From Bacteroidales bacterium (lineage in GTDB: Bacteria; Bacteroidota; Bacteroidia; Bacteroidales; UBA7960), in NCBI GenBank assembly GCA_007129255.1, contig SKVW01000142.1:1-63783 (forward strand): DNA of 63,783 nt, read 5' to 3'. The position numbers were made by a program, and so were the translations under genes. This document shows, piece by piece, positions 1 through 9,072 of the stretch. Numbering within the stretch: position 1 is the first letter of the stretch; every line of letters begins with the position of its first letter. The notes beneath the pieces were generated by a model that made no database searches, was not told where the DNA came from, and saw nothing but the letters and a program-made list of their open reading frames with translations.

Positions 1-2
1 CC

Positions 3-971
3 AGTAAAAACCGGGCGATGGCCGAATTAAGATTTTTAAGGGCCCTGCATCACTACAACCTGATGAGGTTGTTTGGCCCTATCCCGATAAGAACAATGCC
101 GGCAACAGCAGCAGATGCAGACCTGAACATTCCGCGGGAAAGTTTAGAAACAGTGCTGGACCAGGTTTATGACGATCTTGACTATGCAATGGAACACATG
201 ACAGAACAAATTATCCAGGGAAGGGCCTCCAAAGCCGCAGCTCAGGCCCTGAAGGCAAGGGTTTCCCTGCATGATTATTTTATTGGAGGAAATTCTTCCA
301 GGCTTGACGAGGCCATCTCCCATGCTTCTGCCGTAATAAATGATTACGGCCTGGGGCTGGATCCTGATTTTGCCAATCTTTTTTCCGATGGGGGTAGCAA
401 TGAATCTGTTTTTGAGCTTGCATTTAACGAACAGGAAGACAATCGCCTTAGCTTCTATTTCTTTCCCACAGCTTTGTCGGGACGTTATGAGGTAGCGCCT
501 CCACAGGAATTCATTGACTCCTTTTCTGAAGACGACCTCAGAAAGGACGTTTCTATCGGTTTTGAAGGAGATGACCCTTTTGGCAATAAATATACCGACA
601 TACAAACCGGAACCGATAACGTTTATATCTTCCGCCTGGCCGAAATGCACCTGATCAGGGCAGAAGCCATGATACTGAAAGAAGATGCCGACCTGGACCA
701 GATCCGTGAAGACATCAATGCCATCCGTGAAAGGGCCGGACTTTTGCCGGTTACTACCTCCAATTACCCGGCTTTGCTCCAGGAAGTGGAAGTTCAACGA
801 CAAAAAGAATTTGCCTTTGAAGGACATCGCTGGTTTGACCTTGTCCGCACCAGCCGGGCAATAGAGGTTCTGGAGAATGTAACCAGTGAAAACCAGCTTC
901 TGTTCCCCATTCCTTTATCCGAAATCCTTGCAAATGACCATGAAGGAATGTACCAGAATGAAGGTTATTAA
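3..971 (+). CDS. RagB/SusD family nutrient-uptake outer membrane lipoprotein, C-terminal part (5' end lies outside the window)
   Basis: The frame is open to the window edge. The C-terminal region has SusD-like signatures (RLAEMHLIRAEA, QRQKEFAFEGHRWFDLVRT, LFPIPLSEI). Confidence 0.85.
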   Translation, partial: SKNRAMAELRFLRALHHYNLMRLFGPIPIRTMPATAADADLNIPRESLETVLDQVYDDLDYAMEHMTEQIIQGRASKAAAQALKARVSLHDYFIGGNSSRLDEAISHASAVINDYGLGLDPDFANLFSDGGSNESVFELAFNEQEDNRLSFYFFPTALSGRYEVAPPQEFIDSFSEDDLRKDVSIGFEGDDPFGNKYTDIQTGTDNVYIFRLAEMHLIRAEAMILKEDADLDQIREDINAIRERAGLLPVTTSNYPALLQEVEVQRQKEFAFEGHRWFDLVRTSRAIEVLENVTSENQLLFPIPLSEILANDHEGMYQNEGY

Positions 972-990
972 TCTGTAAACTTCGAAAAAA

Positions 991-1884
991 ATGAAAATGA
1001 TGAAAAAAATAAAAGCCAATTTTGGATTGTTGTCCGTTTTTCTGGCAATGACCGTCGCAGTGGTTTCCTGCGATGACAATGACTTCCCCGTGCCTGATGC
1101 CAGCACACAGGCTTACTTTACCTACGAAATTGACACCCTTACCAATGAACAAACCGGGGTAATCACCTTCGGGGTGCAGTTTTACAACGAATCTCTTAAT
1201 GCCACAGGCTATCACTGGGATTTTGGCAATGGAGAAGAATCCACCGAAGAAAACCCATATGTGATTTATGAAGAATACGGGCAATACCGGGTAACCCTGA
1301 CCGTTGACAGCGAAAAAGACCTGCATTACAACAAGCTGGAGCATTCCACAACCCTTACCCTGGTTATAGGCGCAGTACCCGTTCCTTTTCTGGAGGATTT
1401 TTCTTCAGAAGAAGATATCCCGGAACAGTTTACGGTATGGGATCTTGACGGTGACGGACATACCTGGTTCTACCAACCCGATGAGGAAGAATACGGCCCA
1501 ATCGTAAGAAGTGCCTCCTGGGATTCGCAAGACGGGGCCCTGACCCCGGATAACTGGCTGATCACCCCATTACTGGATGCCAGTGCCGTTGGCGAGGGAG
1601 AATCCCTGAAACTCCGCTATCATGTCGGTGTGACTGCATCGGGTGAAGAGTTCAGACAGGAAAACTACGGCATCTTTATCTCCAGCGGAGAACTGGAGGT
1701 GGAGGATTTTGAAAAGATCTTTGATGAAAGATTTACCGAGGATACCCCAAACTGGACCGCTTTCGAAAGGGTGCTCGACATCTCTGAATACAAAGGCGAG
1801 CAGATCTATATCGCCATCAGGCATTATGATGTTACTGATATGTTTCAGCTCTTTATTACCGATATTGAAGTATTTGCAGAATAA
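991..1884 (+). CDS. Surface lipoprotein with a PKD domain and a cleaved-adhesin / choice-of-anchor-J-like C-terminal domain
   Basis: Lipoprotein signal (AVVSC) followed by an acidic DDND patch. PKD signature YHWDFGNGEESTEENPYVIYEEYGQYRVTLTV. WDLDGDGHTW motif typical of cleaved-adhesin-like domains. Sits 20 nt after susD. Confidence 0.7.
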   Translation: MKMMKKIKANFGLLSVFLAMTVAVVSCDDNDFPVPDASTQAYFTYEIDTLTNEQTGVITFGVQFYNESLNATGYHWDFGNGEESTEENPYVIYEEYGQYRVTLTVDSEKDLHYNKLEHSTTLTLVIGAVPVPFLEDFSSEEDIPEQFTVWDLDGDGHTWFYQPDEEEYGPIVRSASWDSQDGALTPDNWLITPLLDASAVGEGESLKLRYHVGVTASGEEFRQENYGIFISSGELEVEDFEKIFDERFTEDTPNWTAFERVLDISEYKGEQIYIAIRHYDVTDMFQLFITDIEVFAE

Positions 1885-1899
1885 TTAAAAAACCGAACC

Positions 1900-1936
1900 G
1901 CAGGAACCAGGGCCGGCCTGGTTCCTGCTTTTTTTT
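1900..1936 (+). terminator. Rho-independent terminator after the PKD lipoprotein gene
   Basis: Perfect 12 bp stem GCAGGAACCAGG / CCTGGTTCCTGC with a 5 nt loop, followed by T8. Confidence 0.8.
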
Positions 1937-1947
1937 AGAAAAGTCAA

Positions 1948-2820
1948 ATGATGATCCAGAAAATATTAATCTTTTTTTTCGCACCCCTGCTTTTTCTGTC
2001 CTGCCAGCAGGTTAACCAACCAGAAAATCATCAACAAGACCCGCCCCAGGGGTCTTTGTTTATTATAGGGGGAGGTCACCGCTCCCTGGAGTTGATGGAC
2101 CGGCTTTCAGCGGAAGCCGGGATTTATGAGGGCGGAGATGTGGTGATACTGCCCATGTCGAGCTCGGTACCGGATTCGGCCATTATCTGGTCGTCCGAAT
2201 CTTTCCTGGAACTGGGCATAGAACTGGAGCGCATCAAGGGATACAACTTTGAACCGGAGCAGGAGCCAAAAGAAGAATGGATTAACGTTATGAGAAAGGC
2301 AAAGTTGATCTACATCAGCGGAGGCGACCAGAACCGTTTTATGGACATTGTAAGAGACACCCCCATTTTTGATGCCATCCATCATGCCTATCAGCAAGGT
2401 GCCATGATTGCCGGCACCAGCGCCGGGGCTGCCGTAATGAGTGAAAAAATGATCACGGGTGATGAACTGCGCTATGAAGAGTACCGCTCCACATTCCGCA
2501 CCATTGAGTCGGAAAATATTGAAATTGCCGATGGCCTGGGCCTGCTGACAACAGCCATCATTGACCAGCACTTTGTATGGCGGAGCCGTCATAACAGGTT
2601 AATCAGTGCGGTGATCGAGTATCCCCACCTTCCGGGTATCGGCATTGATGAGTCTACCGCAATCCTGGTCAGAGGTGATTCCGCCGAAGTGGTCGGGATA
2701 TCCCAGGTGCTGGTTTATCGCAATCCCGATCGGTCAGCCCTCACCCAAGAACATAAACTGGGGGCTAAAAATTTGCGCCTGGATATTTATCTGCCCGGAG
2801 AAACGTTTTCCATAAAATAA
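1948..2820 (+). CDS. Cyanophycinase (peptidase family S51), lipoprotein-type signal peptide
   Basis: Motifs IIGGG, ISGGDQNRF, GTSAGAAVM (Ser nucleophile elbow), IDQHFVWRSRHNRL and GIDESTA match the cyanophycinase pattern. The N-terminus LLFLSC is a lipobox. Confidence 0.85.
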   Translation: MMIQKILIFFFAPLLFLSCQQVNQPENHQQDPPQGSLFIIGGGHRSLELMDRLSAEAGIYEGGDVVILPMSSSVPDSAIIWSSESFLELGIELERIKGYNFEPEQEPKEEWINVMRKAKLIYISGGDQNRFMDIVRDTPIFDAIHHAYQQGAMIAGTSAGAAVMSEKMITGDELRYEEYRSTFRTIESENIEIADGLGLLTTAIIDQHFVWRSRHNRLISAVIEYPHLPGIGIDESTAILVRGDSAEVVGISQVLVYRNPDRSALTQEHKLGAKNLRLDIYLPGETFSIK

Positions 2821-2842
2821 CACCCAATAAAGCTTTTACTGC

Positions 2843-4462
2843 ATGTTAAAAAAAGTTCCGCACACCTATGTTATTGTTTTCGGGATTATTGTCATTGCCG
2901 CTATTTTAACCTGGTTCATCCCTCCGGGGCAATACATCGAAGAAACAATAGTGGTTGACGGTAAGGAGCATTCCAGCATGGTGTTCTATTTTGAGGAAGA
3001 TCTTCCCGAACCCTACCAAACCACCGTTGACAGCCAGGTTCAAACCTGGCAGGTGTTATCGGCACTTTTCAATGGATTTGTCCGCCAGTCCAACATCATC
3101 GTTTTTATTCTGATGATTGGCGGGGCTTTCTGGATCATGAACCAAACCAAGGCAATAGATGTTGGGATACTTTCCTTTCTTAAATATGCCCGAAAGCTTG
3201 AAAAAAACCGTTTCCTGAAAAAAATCGGGGTGGACAACATCATCATTGTGATGATCATGTTGCTCTTCAGTGCCTTTGGAGCAATTTTTGGCATGAGTGA
3301 AGAAACCATTGCCTTTGTGATAATCCTGATACCTTTGGCTATTTCCATGGGGTACGACTCCATCACCGGTGTGTGCATGGTATATATTGCCGCCCACCTG
3401 GGCTTTGCCGGAGCCATCCTGAACCCTTTCACCATTGGCATTGCCCAGGGTCTGGCTGATTTGCCGCTTTTTTCAGGGATTGAATACCGGCTGTTTGCCT
3501 GGCTGGTAATCAATGTGGTGGGTATTGCCTTTGTCCTCAGGTATGTAGCCAAAGTAAGGAAAAACCCCAGGTCTTCCATCATGTATGAGGAAGACAGCTA
3601 CTGGAGAAAACGCGAATCCTCCGATCCGGAGAATGTTTCCTATTATACCCCAAAGATGGCCTGGATCGTTTACGGTTTTATCATTCTTGTACTGACGGTT
3701 TTTTCTGTCTTTTACCCGGTAACTACATTAACCATAGGCGCTTCATCCTTTACCACAACCATATTGCCGGTGGCCACAGCAATTTTTGCCCTGGCAGGCT
3801 ATTTCACTCTTAAAAAGTCTGTACACTTTTTTGTGTTGTTGCTGCTGGCCTATACCATTCTTTTCCTGATTGTTGGGGTGATGGGCTATGGGTGGTATGT
3901 TATGGAAATAGCCACCCTTTTCCTCGGAATGGGCATTGCCGCAGGACTTTCCATCAACAAATCGGCTAACGACATCGCCAATTCCTTTCTTGACGGAGTA
4001 AAAGACATCATGTCGGCAGCCATCATTGTAGGCCTGGCCGGCGGGATTATCGTTGTGCTGGAAGACGGTGGCATTATCGACACCATTTTGTATGGTTTGT
4101 CCCGTACCCTTGGGCAATTTGGCAATGTGGCCTCCGTTGGGGTCATGTATGTTATTCAAACCATTGTGAATATCGTAATTCCCTCAGGTTCGGCCAAAGC
4201 AGCCATTACCATGCCCATCATGGCACCTTTCAGCGACCTGATCGGGATTTCACGACAGGCTACCGTTATGGCCTTCCAGTTTGGAGACGGCTTTACCAAC
4301 ATGATCACCCCAACTTCCGGGGTACTTATTGCGGTATTGGGCGTGGCCCGCATCCCCTATCACAAATGGGTCAAATGGGTTTGGCCCCTGATCGTGATCA
4401 TGATACTGCTGGGATTTCTTTTGCTGATCCCCACGGTAACCATGGATCTTAGCGGTTTCTAA
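2843..4462 (+). CDS. YfcC / DcuC-type (C4-dicarboxylate anaerobic carrier fold) permease, possible basic amino acid or dipeptide transporter
   Basis: 539 aa polytopic membrane protein. N-terminus KKVPHTYVIVFGIIVIAAILTWFIPPGQY is typical of the YfcC family. Lies 22 nt downstream of the cyanophycinase gene. Confidence 0.75.
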   Translation: MLKKVPHTYVIVFGIIVIAAILTWFIPPGQYIEETIVVDGKEHSSMVFYFEEDLPEPYQTTVDSQVQTWQVLSALFNGFVRQSNIIVFILMIGGAFWIMNQTKAIDVGILSFLKYARKLEKNRFLKKIGVDNIIIVMIMLLFSAFGAIFGMSEETIAFVIILIPLAISMGYDSITGVCMVYIAAHLGFAGAILNPFTIGIAQGLADLPLFSGIEYRLFAWLVINVVGIAFVLRYVAKVRKNPRSSIMYEEDSYWRKRESSDPENVSYYTPKMAWIVYGFIILVLTVFSVFYPVTTLTIGASSFTTTILPVATAIFALAGYFTLKKSVHFFVLLLLAYTILFLIVGVMGYGWYVMEIATLFLGMGIAAGLSINKSANDIANSFLDGVKDIMSAAIIVGLAGGIIVVLEDGGIIDTILYGLSRTLGQFGNVASVGVMYVIQTIVNIVIPSGSAKAAITMPIMAPFSDLIGISRQATVMAFQFGDGFTNMITPTSGVLIAVLGVARIPYHKWVKWVWPLIVIMILLGFLLLIPTVTMDLSGF

Positions 4463-4472
4463 GGAGGCCGGC

Positions 4473-5330
4473 TTAATCGGTTGACAATACCAGGTACCGA
4501 GAAGTACTCCAGAATTTTTCAGGATTCAGGATCTTCAGTTGCAGTGTTTCCCCATCATGCTGCCACTTCCAGCTCCCTGAAGGATGGACGGTAATGAACT
4601 CCGGATTTTGGCCCTTGATAATGATTTCCCTGGTAAGAATCATATCAATACGGGTAAAGAAGTCGTCCTGAAAGTCCGGCCTGAGGCGATGGATCCGCCC
4701 TATGCCCAGTAAACCGCCTTCGGGGTTGATGATGCCCTGATCGCGAAGTTCCCTCTGTGTTCCCATAACAAAAAAAGCAGTGTTGAGTTCCAGGGTTTTT
4801 TCATCAATAACCCTGTCTTTTCGGCGCGATAGAAGATGGAGGGTGTCAACCGTGGCTGTTAGTAATTCCACCCTCAGATTAAGATGACCGAGCTCATCCC
4901 GCAATATTTGTATTTCCATTTCTTTATCCTCCAGCTGGTAGTGAAGCCTTCGCACCATACGCTCAAACTCTTCAATCCGGATATTGGATTGGCTTAACTC
5001 CGAATGCAGAGAGTTCATCAACCGGCGGTTCTTCTCCATGAGTTCACCGATCTGGCGTATGTCTTCATTTATGTTTTCAACAAGTTCCTGCTGTATTTCC
5101 AAACCTTTCCCTGCTTCCAGGGAAATGGCATCTCCCTTTTGCCTAATGGCCTGCAGGTTTTCTTCAATCTCATTGAGGGTGCCAATGAATTGATTCAGGT
5201 TGTTTTCTTTCTCTTCAAGCTGTAGCTGCAAAAGGGCTTTTTCCTGCCTGAGGCGTTCTGCCTCTTCATGGTTTTGACCGCAGGAAGCCAGCAGTATTAT
5301 GGCAATGGTTACCGTGAAAAAGGATCTCAT
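4473..5330 (-). CDS. Coiled-coil lipoprotein of unknown function
   Basis: Lipobox LLASC, then about 150 aa of heptad-like E/L/Q-rich sequence and a globular C-terminal domain. Convergent with yfcC with only a 10 nt gap. Confidence 0.6.
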   Translation of the reverse strand: MRSFFTVTIAIILLASCGQNHEEAERLRQEKALLQLQLEEKENNLNQFIGTLNEIEENLQAIRQKGDAISLEAGKGLEIQQELVENINEDIRQIGELMEKNRRLMNSLHSELSQSNIRIEEFERMVRRLHYQLEDKEMEIQILRDELGHLNLRVELLTATVDTLHLLSRRKDRVIDEKTLELNTAFFVMGTQRELRDQGIINPEGGLLGIGRIHRLRPDFQDDFFTRIDMILTREIIIKGQNPEFITVHPSGSWKWQHDGETLQLKILNPEKFWSTSRYLVLSTD

Positions 5331-5456
5331 GCTGATTGGGAATAAATTACAAAATGGCAGTTCTCAAAGGCTTGCCCTGAAAAAACAGTTTTTTAAAAAC
5401 GAAAGATATGGCAATTTATTCAATATTGCAAGCACTCTCCCGGGGGAAAAGAAAGC

Positions 5457-7589
5457 CTAATTTTTGAGTATCTTCCTGGAAACAACCTGACCATTGGCCT
5501 CAATTTTCAGGAAATACACGCCGGATGGAAGATTACCCAATGATAAGCCGGTCTCAAATTTCCCCGAAAAATCTTCACGGGATGCTGAAAACAGTGTATT
5601 CCCGGTCAAGCCAATGAGCCTGACATCCACCCTTCCTGGTTTTTCAACCAAAAAGCGAACCTGCAGGAGATCTTTTACGGGGTTGGGAAATACTTCCAAA
5701 CCGCTGATGATCTCTGGTTCATGGATTCCTGTGGTTACCGAAACCTTAAAGGTTCTTTCCCATTCACAATTATCGGCATCAGTGATCAACACAGTATAAT
5801 CGCCGGGATAAAGTCCATGAATTTCCTGCGTGGTTGAAGCTTCCGGGTCATCCCATAAAAAGGTGTAGGGCGGTTCTCCTCCGTCAAGTTCCACCAAAAC
5901 AATGCTCCCGTCATTTTCATCCATCCCGGTAGCATCGGTGATCTCCGCATCAACAAAAAGCCATGGGCAGTCTCCTTCACCCACATTAAACCGGACCATG
6001 GGCCAGCGAACATCCGGATAAACAGCATACCACTGATCGATGAACATGTACCAGATATTGGAAGGCTGGTAAGAGGCCGGACCGGTACCTATAAAAATGG
6101 TTGGTGTTCCCCCGAATTGCTGAAAGGCCGCAAGGTATTGCCTTGGCAAACCTTCAAGGGGCCCGTCCAGGTAATATCCACCGATTTCAGGCATCTCCTG
6201 ATCTTTTTGCAGGTTGCTTATCTCATCTCCTTTACCATTGGCAGGATGCAAAGGCAGGGTGACCGAAACCGGTGCCTCACCGGTTTGTTCCGGAATATCT
6301 TCTGCCGTTATGGTATAAAGTTCCGATGCACCCAGGGTGATGGCATCCAGTTCTTCGGTGATCTCATACAGCACCACCCTAACCTCACGGCCCACAACTC
6401 CCGGTTGGTTCAAAGAAGAGAGTACAAAAGAAACAGAGCCCGGTTGGGCCGGCTGCGGTACCTCATACATCAGGGCCATAATATAGGCTTCTCCGGTGCC
6501 GGCGTGGGCTCCACCGGTAAGCAGATCATTGTCACGGGCATAAACCGAATCGGTAATAAAAAAGGAATCCTCAAAAATGTTGTTCTCAGGATGCTCATCT
6601 TCCTGGTCCTGGTTTACGGTAAAAACCACCTCATATTGCCCTTTTTCCTGCGGAAGAAAGGTTTCCGGGATAATTACCGTATCATGAAAAAGATAAGGGG
6701 CGTCAAAAACATCACTTTGGGCTGAAAACAATCCATCATTGATATCCACTTCCAAAAAGGCATTGGTCTGTGTTGCAGACCCCAGGTTTTGAATGACTCC
6801 TTTAAACCGGAAAGGTAAAACCTGCAATTCCGGCATGCTATGATACAGCCCGGTTTTCACCCTTTCAATGGCCAGATCGTTTTCGGTCATGGACTTAATG
6901 GCTAAATCGTCCACCTGCCAGAAATACCAATGACTTCCCCTGAAATGAAATCGGAGGTATACCTCATTGGCCCCTCCGGCTACCTCGGAAATATTGATTT
7001 GCTCTATCAGAGGATTGGGAGAATATTGGTTGACACCCACATTTCCTTTTACGTCCCATTCCGTCCAGTTTTCGCCGTCTGTACTCACACCAACCAAAAG
7101 TTCGGCACCGCTGAAATAGCGGAAGAAATGATAAAATTCGAGGATCACATACTGATGATCGCTCAGATTGATGGCAGGGCTTTGAATATAGGCATCGGGT
7201 ACAATGGGGTTTCCCGGCTCATAAGGGGTGTTGATCAGATCTGCATCCAGGATCATAAAACCGTCTTCGGCAGAAGGTGAATTGATCGGAAGGCCTTCAC
7301 CAGAAAACTGACCCTGCGAGCCATTGAAGGTATGCTCCCACCCACCATGACCGGCCAAATCCACAAAATCCCAATCCTGGGAGGAAGTTTCTGAAAAACT
7401 TTCCTGCCAGATCACTTCATCCCCGGATTTATAGGATGGAGCCTGGAAAGCCATTGTTTCTTCCAGTACTACACTTTTAAACCTTTCTGGGACAATGGCT
7501 CTTTTATCCTGTGCATCGACAGAAAAAACAACGGCAAAAAAAAGCAGCAGGGTGGAGAAACAGGTAAAGTTGCTTTGCTTGGAGTTCAT
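5457..7589 (-). CDS. Secreted T9SS cargo protein with a cleaved-adhesin-like N-domain, an SprB-type repeat and a C-terminal T9SS sorting domain
   Basis: Signal peptide present. WDFVDLAGHGGWEH motif. SprB-like repeat (NDGSIVLVELDGGEPPYTFLWDD...YPGDYTVLITDADNCE). C-terminus LEVFPNPVKDLLQVRF...GVYFLKIEANGQVVSRKILKN resembles a type A Por sorting domain. Confidence 0.75.
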   Translation of the reverse strand: MNSKQSNFTCFSTLLLFFAVVFSVDAQDKRAIVPERFKSVVLEETMAFQAPSYKSGDEVIWQESFSETSSQDWDFVDLAGHGGWEHTFNGSQGQFSGEGLPINSPSAEDGFMILDADLINTPYEPGNPIVPDAYIQSPAINLSDHQYVILEFYHFFRYFSGAELLVGVSTDGENWTEWDVKGNVGVNQYSPNPLIEQINISEVAGGANEVYLRFHFRGSHWYFWQVDDLAIKSMTENDLAIERVKTGLYHSMPELQVLPFRFKGVIQNLGSATQTNAFLEVDINDGLFSAQSDVFDAPYLFHDTVIIPETFLPQEKGQYEVVFTVNQDQEDEHPENNIFEDSFFITDSVYARDNDLLTGGAHAGTGEAYIMALMYEVPQPAQPGSVSFVLSSLNQPGVVGREVRVVLYEITEELDAITLGASELYTITAEDIPEQTGEAPVSVTLPLHPANGKGDEISNLQKDQEMPEIGGYYLDGPLEGLPRQYLAAFQQFGGTPTIFIGTGPASYQPSNIWYMFIDQWYAVYPDVRWPMVRFNVGEGDCPWLFVDAEITDATGMDENDGSIVLVELDGGEPPYTFLWDDPEASTTQEIHGLYPGDYTVLITDADNCEWERTFKVSVTTGIHEPEIISGLEVFPNPVKDLLQVRFLVEKPGRVDVRLIGLTGNTLFSASREDFSGKFETGLSLGNLPSGVYFLKIEANGQVVSRKILKN

Positions 7590-7617
7590 GGTAATATTAT
7601 TGATTGTTAATTTTGGC

Positions 7618-7625
7618 CAAATATA
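7618..7625 (-). promoter_or_regulatory. Bacteroidota -7 promoter motif (TATATTTG on the minus strand) for the 5457-7589 gene
   Basis: Exact TAnnTTTG match 29 nt upstream of the start codon. Confidence 0.45.
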
Positions 7626-7709
7626 CTTTTTTATGCCTTAAAAACCAATAAAAATACAACAAAGCACCTGCAAAATAATTTATCCGGAACTTCGGGTGCG
7701 GTTTTAAAA

Positions 7710-8837
7710 TTATTTTTCCATTGCTTTTTCAAGGCATTCCCACATGCGTTCTGCAGTCTTTTCCCAGGAGAATCGCTCTCTTTGGGTTCTGCCTTTTTCA
7801 ATAAGGGTATTTCTTAACGCCGGTTCTGCGGTTATTTTCTGCATGGCATTTGCGATAGACTGCACCGAGCCCGGATCCACAAGCAAGGCTGCACCTCCTG
7901 CAACTTCAGGCATACTGGTAACATTGGAAGTAATTACCGGCACATCGCAGTTCATTGCTTCCAGAATAGGAATACCGAAGCCTTCAAAATGCGAAACCAG
8001 AAGCAAGGCGGTAGACCCCCCGATCACATCTCTCAATTCTTCTTCATATAACCTGCCAACAAAAATCACATCATCCTTGCTGTTCATAGAAGTGTAAATC
8101 TTTTTGGAAAGAAGAGACCCAAACATGGGTTCGCCCACGATCACCAGCTTATGCCCGCCATTGTCAGATTTTTTGAACTGCTCAAAAGCCTGAAGCATGC
8201 GGTCAATGTTTTTTCGTTTGTGCAAAGAACCCACATAAACAAAATAAGGAAAGCCTCTTGCATACTTTTCCCTGATTTCACCCATGCGTCCTTTTTCAAC
8301 AGGCCTGAATATTTCATTTACCCCGTTATATACCACATCAATTTTTTCAGCAGGATAACCAAAGGTTTTGATAATGTCCTTTTTAGAGTACTCAGAAACA
8401 GTGGCGATTCGTTCGGAAATTTTGGCGTATTTCGGAAAGAAGCCGGTGTAATATTTTCTTGACAAGAAAGGAAGATAATGCGGGTGATGCATGAAATTCA
8501 GATCATGAAAAACAGGAACCTGTTTACCGGAGTAAGCCAGGGACAAAAGCCCGTCAGGAGATACAAACAAATCGGGTTTGGTTTTGCCGAGATAGCGGGG
8601 AAGAGATTGTTCAAAAAACAAATAGTAAAGCAAGGGATGACGGGCCTGTGGGAAAAGCACCACCGGTTTTACGTTATCGGCAAAAATAAACTCCGGATTG
8701 TATTGACGGTCAAAAATAAAATGGAATTCACATTCAGGATGATTTTTTACCATCTTTTTGAATGTTTGACAGGTAAACCATCCTATCCCCTCAAGCTTTC
8801 CAGACAACAACAGCCGGGTATTAACCGCAATTCTCAA
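7710..8837 (-). CDS. Glycosyltransferase family 4 (GT-B fold)
   Basis: C-terminal signature SHFEGFGIPILEAMNCDVPVITSNVTSMPEVAGGAALLVDP. Confidence 0.8.
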   Translation of the reverse strand: MRIAVNTRLLLSGKLEGIGWFTCQTFKKMVKNHPECEFHFIFDRQYNPEFIFADNVKPVVLFPQARHPLLYYLFFEQSLPRYLGKTKPDLFVSPDGLLSLAYSGKQVPVFHDLNFMHHPHYLPFLSRKYYTGFFPKYAKISERIATVSEYSKKDIIKTFGYPAEKIDVVYNGVNEIFRPVEKGRMGEIREKYARGFPYFVYVGSLHKRKNIDRMLQAFEQFKKSDNGGHKLVIVGEPMFGSLLSKKIYTSMNSKDDVIFVGRLYEEELRDVIGGSTALLLVSHFEGFGIPILEAMNCDVPVITSNVTSMPEVAGGAALLVDPGSVQSIANAMQKITAEPALRNTLIEKGRTQRERFSWEKTAERMWECLEKAMEK

Positions 8838-8900
8838 AACCTTAATTCTTTAAAATGTGATTTCCTGTTTCTAAATAAATTCAGGCCCTTACCAAACAGG

Positions 8901-8908
8901 CAAAAATA
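8901..8908 (-). promoter_or_regulatory. Bacteroidota -7 promoter motif (TATTTTTG on the minus strand) for the GT4 gene
   Basis: Exact TAnnTTTG match 64 nt upstream of the start at 8837. Confidence 0.35.
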
Positions 8909-9019
8909 GGGAAATGATCCAAAAAACACCAAAAAATATTTCGGCTAAAATAAAACCTTTTATCTTTTCAGCGAATTGCTTGTTGGAGAAAGGCTTTGCA
9001 GACGAAGTATTTATTTTGT

Positions 9020-9027
9020 TAATTTTG
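9020..9027 (+). promoter_or_regulatory. Bacteroidota -7 promoter motif (TAATTTTG) for fbaA
   Basis: Exact TAnnTTTG match 46 nt upstream of the ATG at 9073. It lies inside the ORF-track N-terminal extension, which argues against that extension. Confidence 0.45.
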
Positions 9028-9072
9028 GGATGCCAATTATTAAAACATGTCGAACTTAAAGAAAAATTGAAG

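Noticed and set aside
7608-7615. Plus-strand TAATTTTG motif adjacent to the minus-strand promoter motif
   Set aside because: There is no plus-strand gene downstream (it would run antisense into the GT4 gene). It is most likely a chance match in AT-rich DNA.
8914-9072. 53-codon N-terminal extension of fbaA in the ORF track
   Set aside because: The extension has no similarity to class II aldolase N-termini, and a TAATTTTG -7 motif lies inside it. The ATG at 9073 gives the canonical 359 aa protein.
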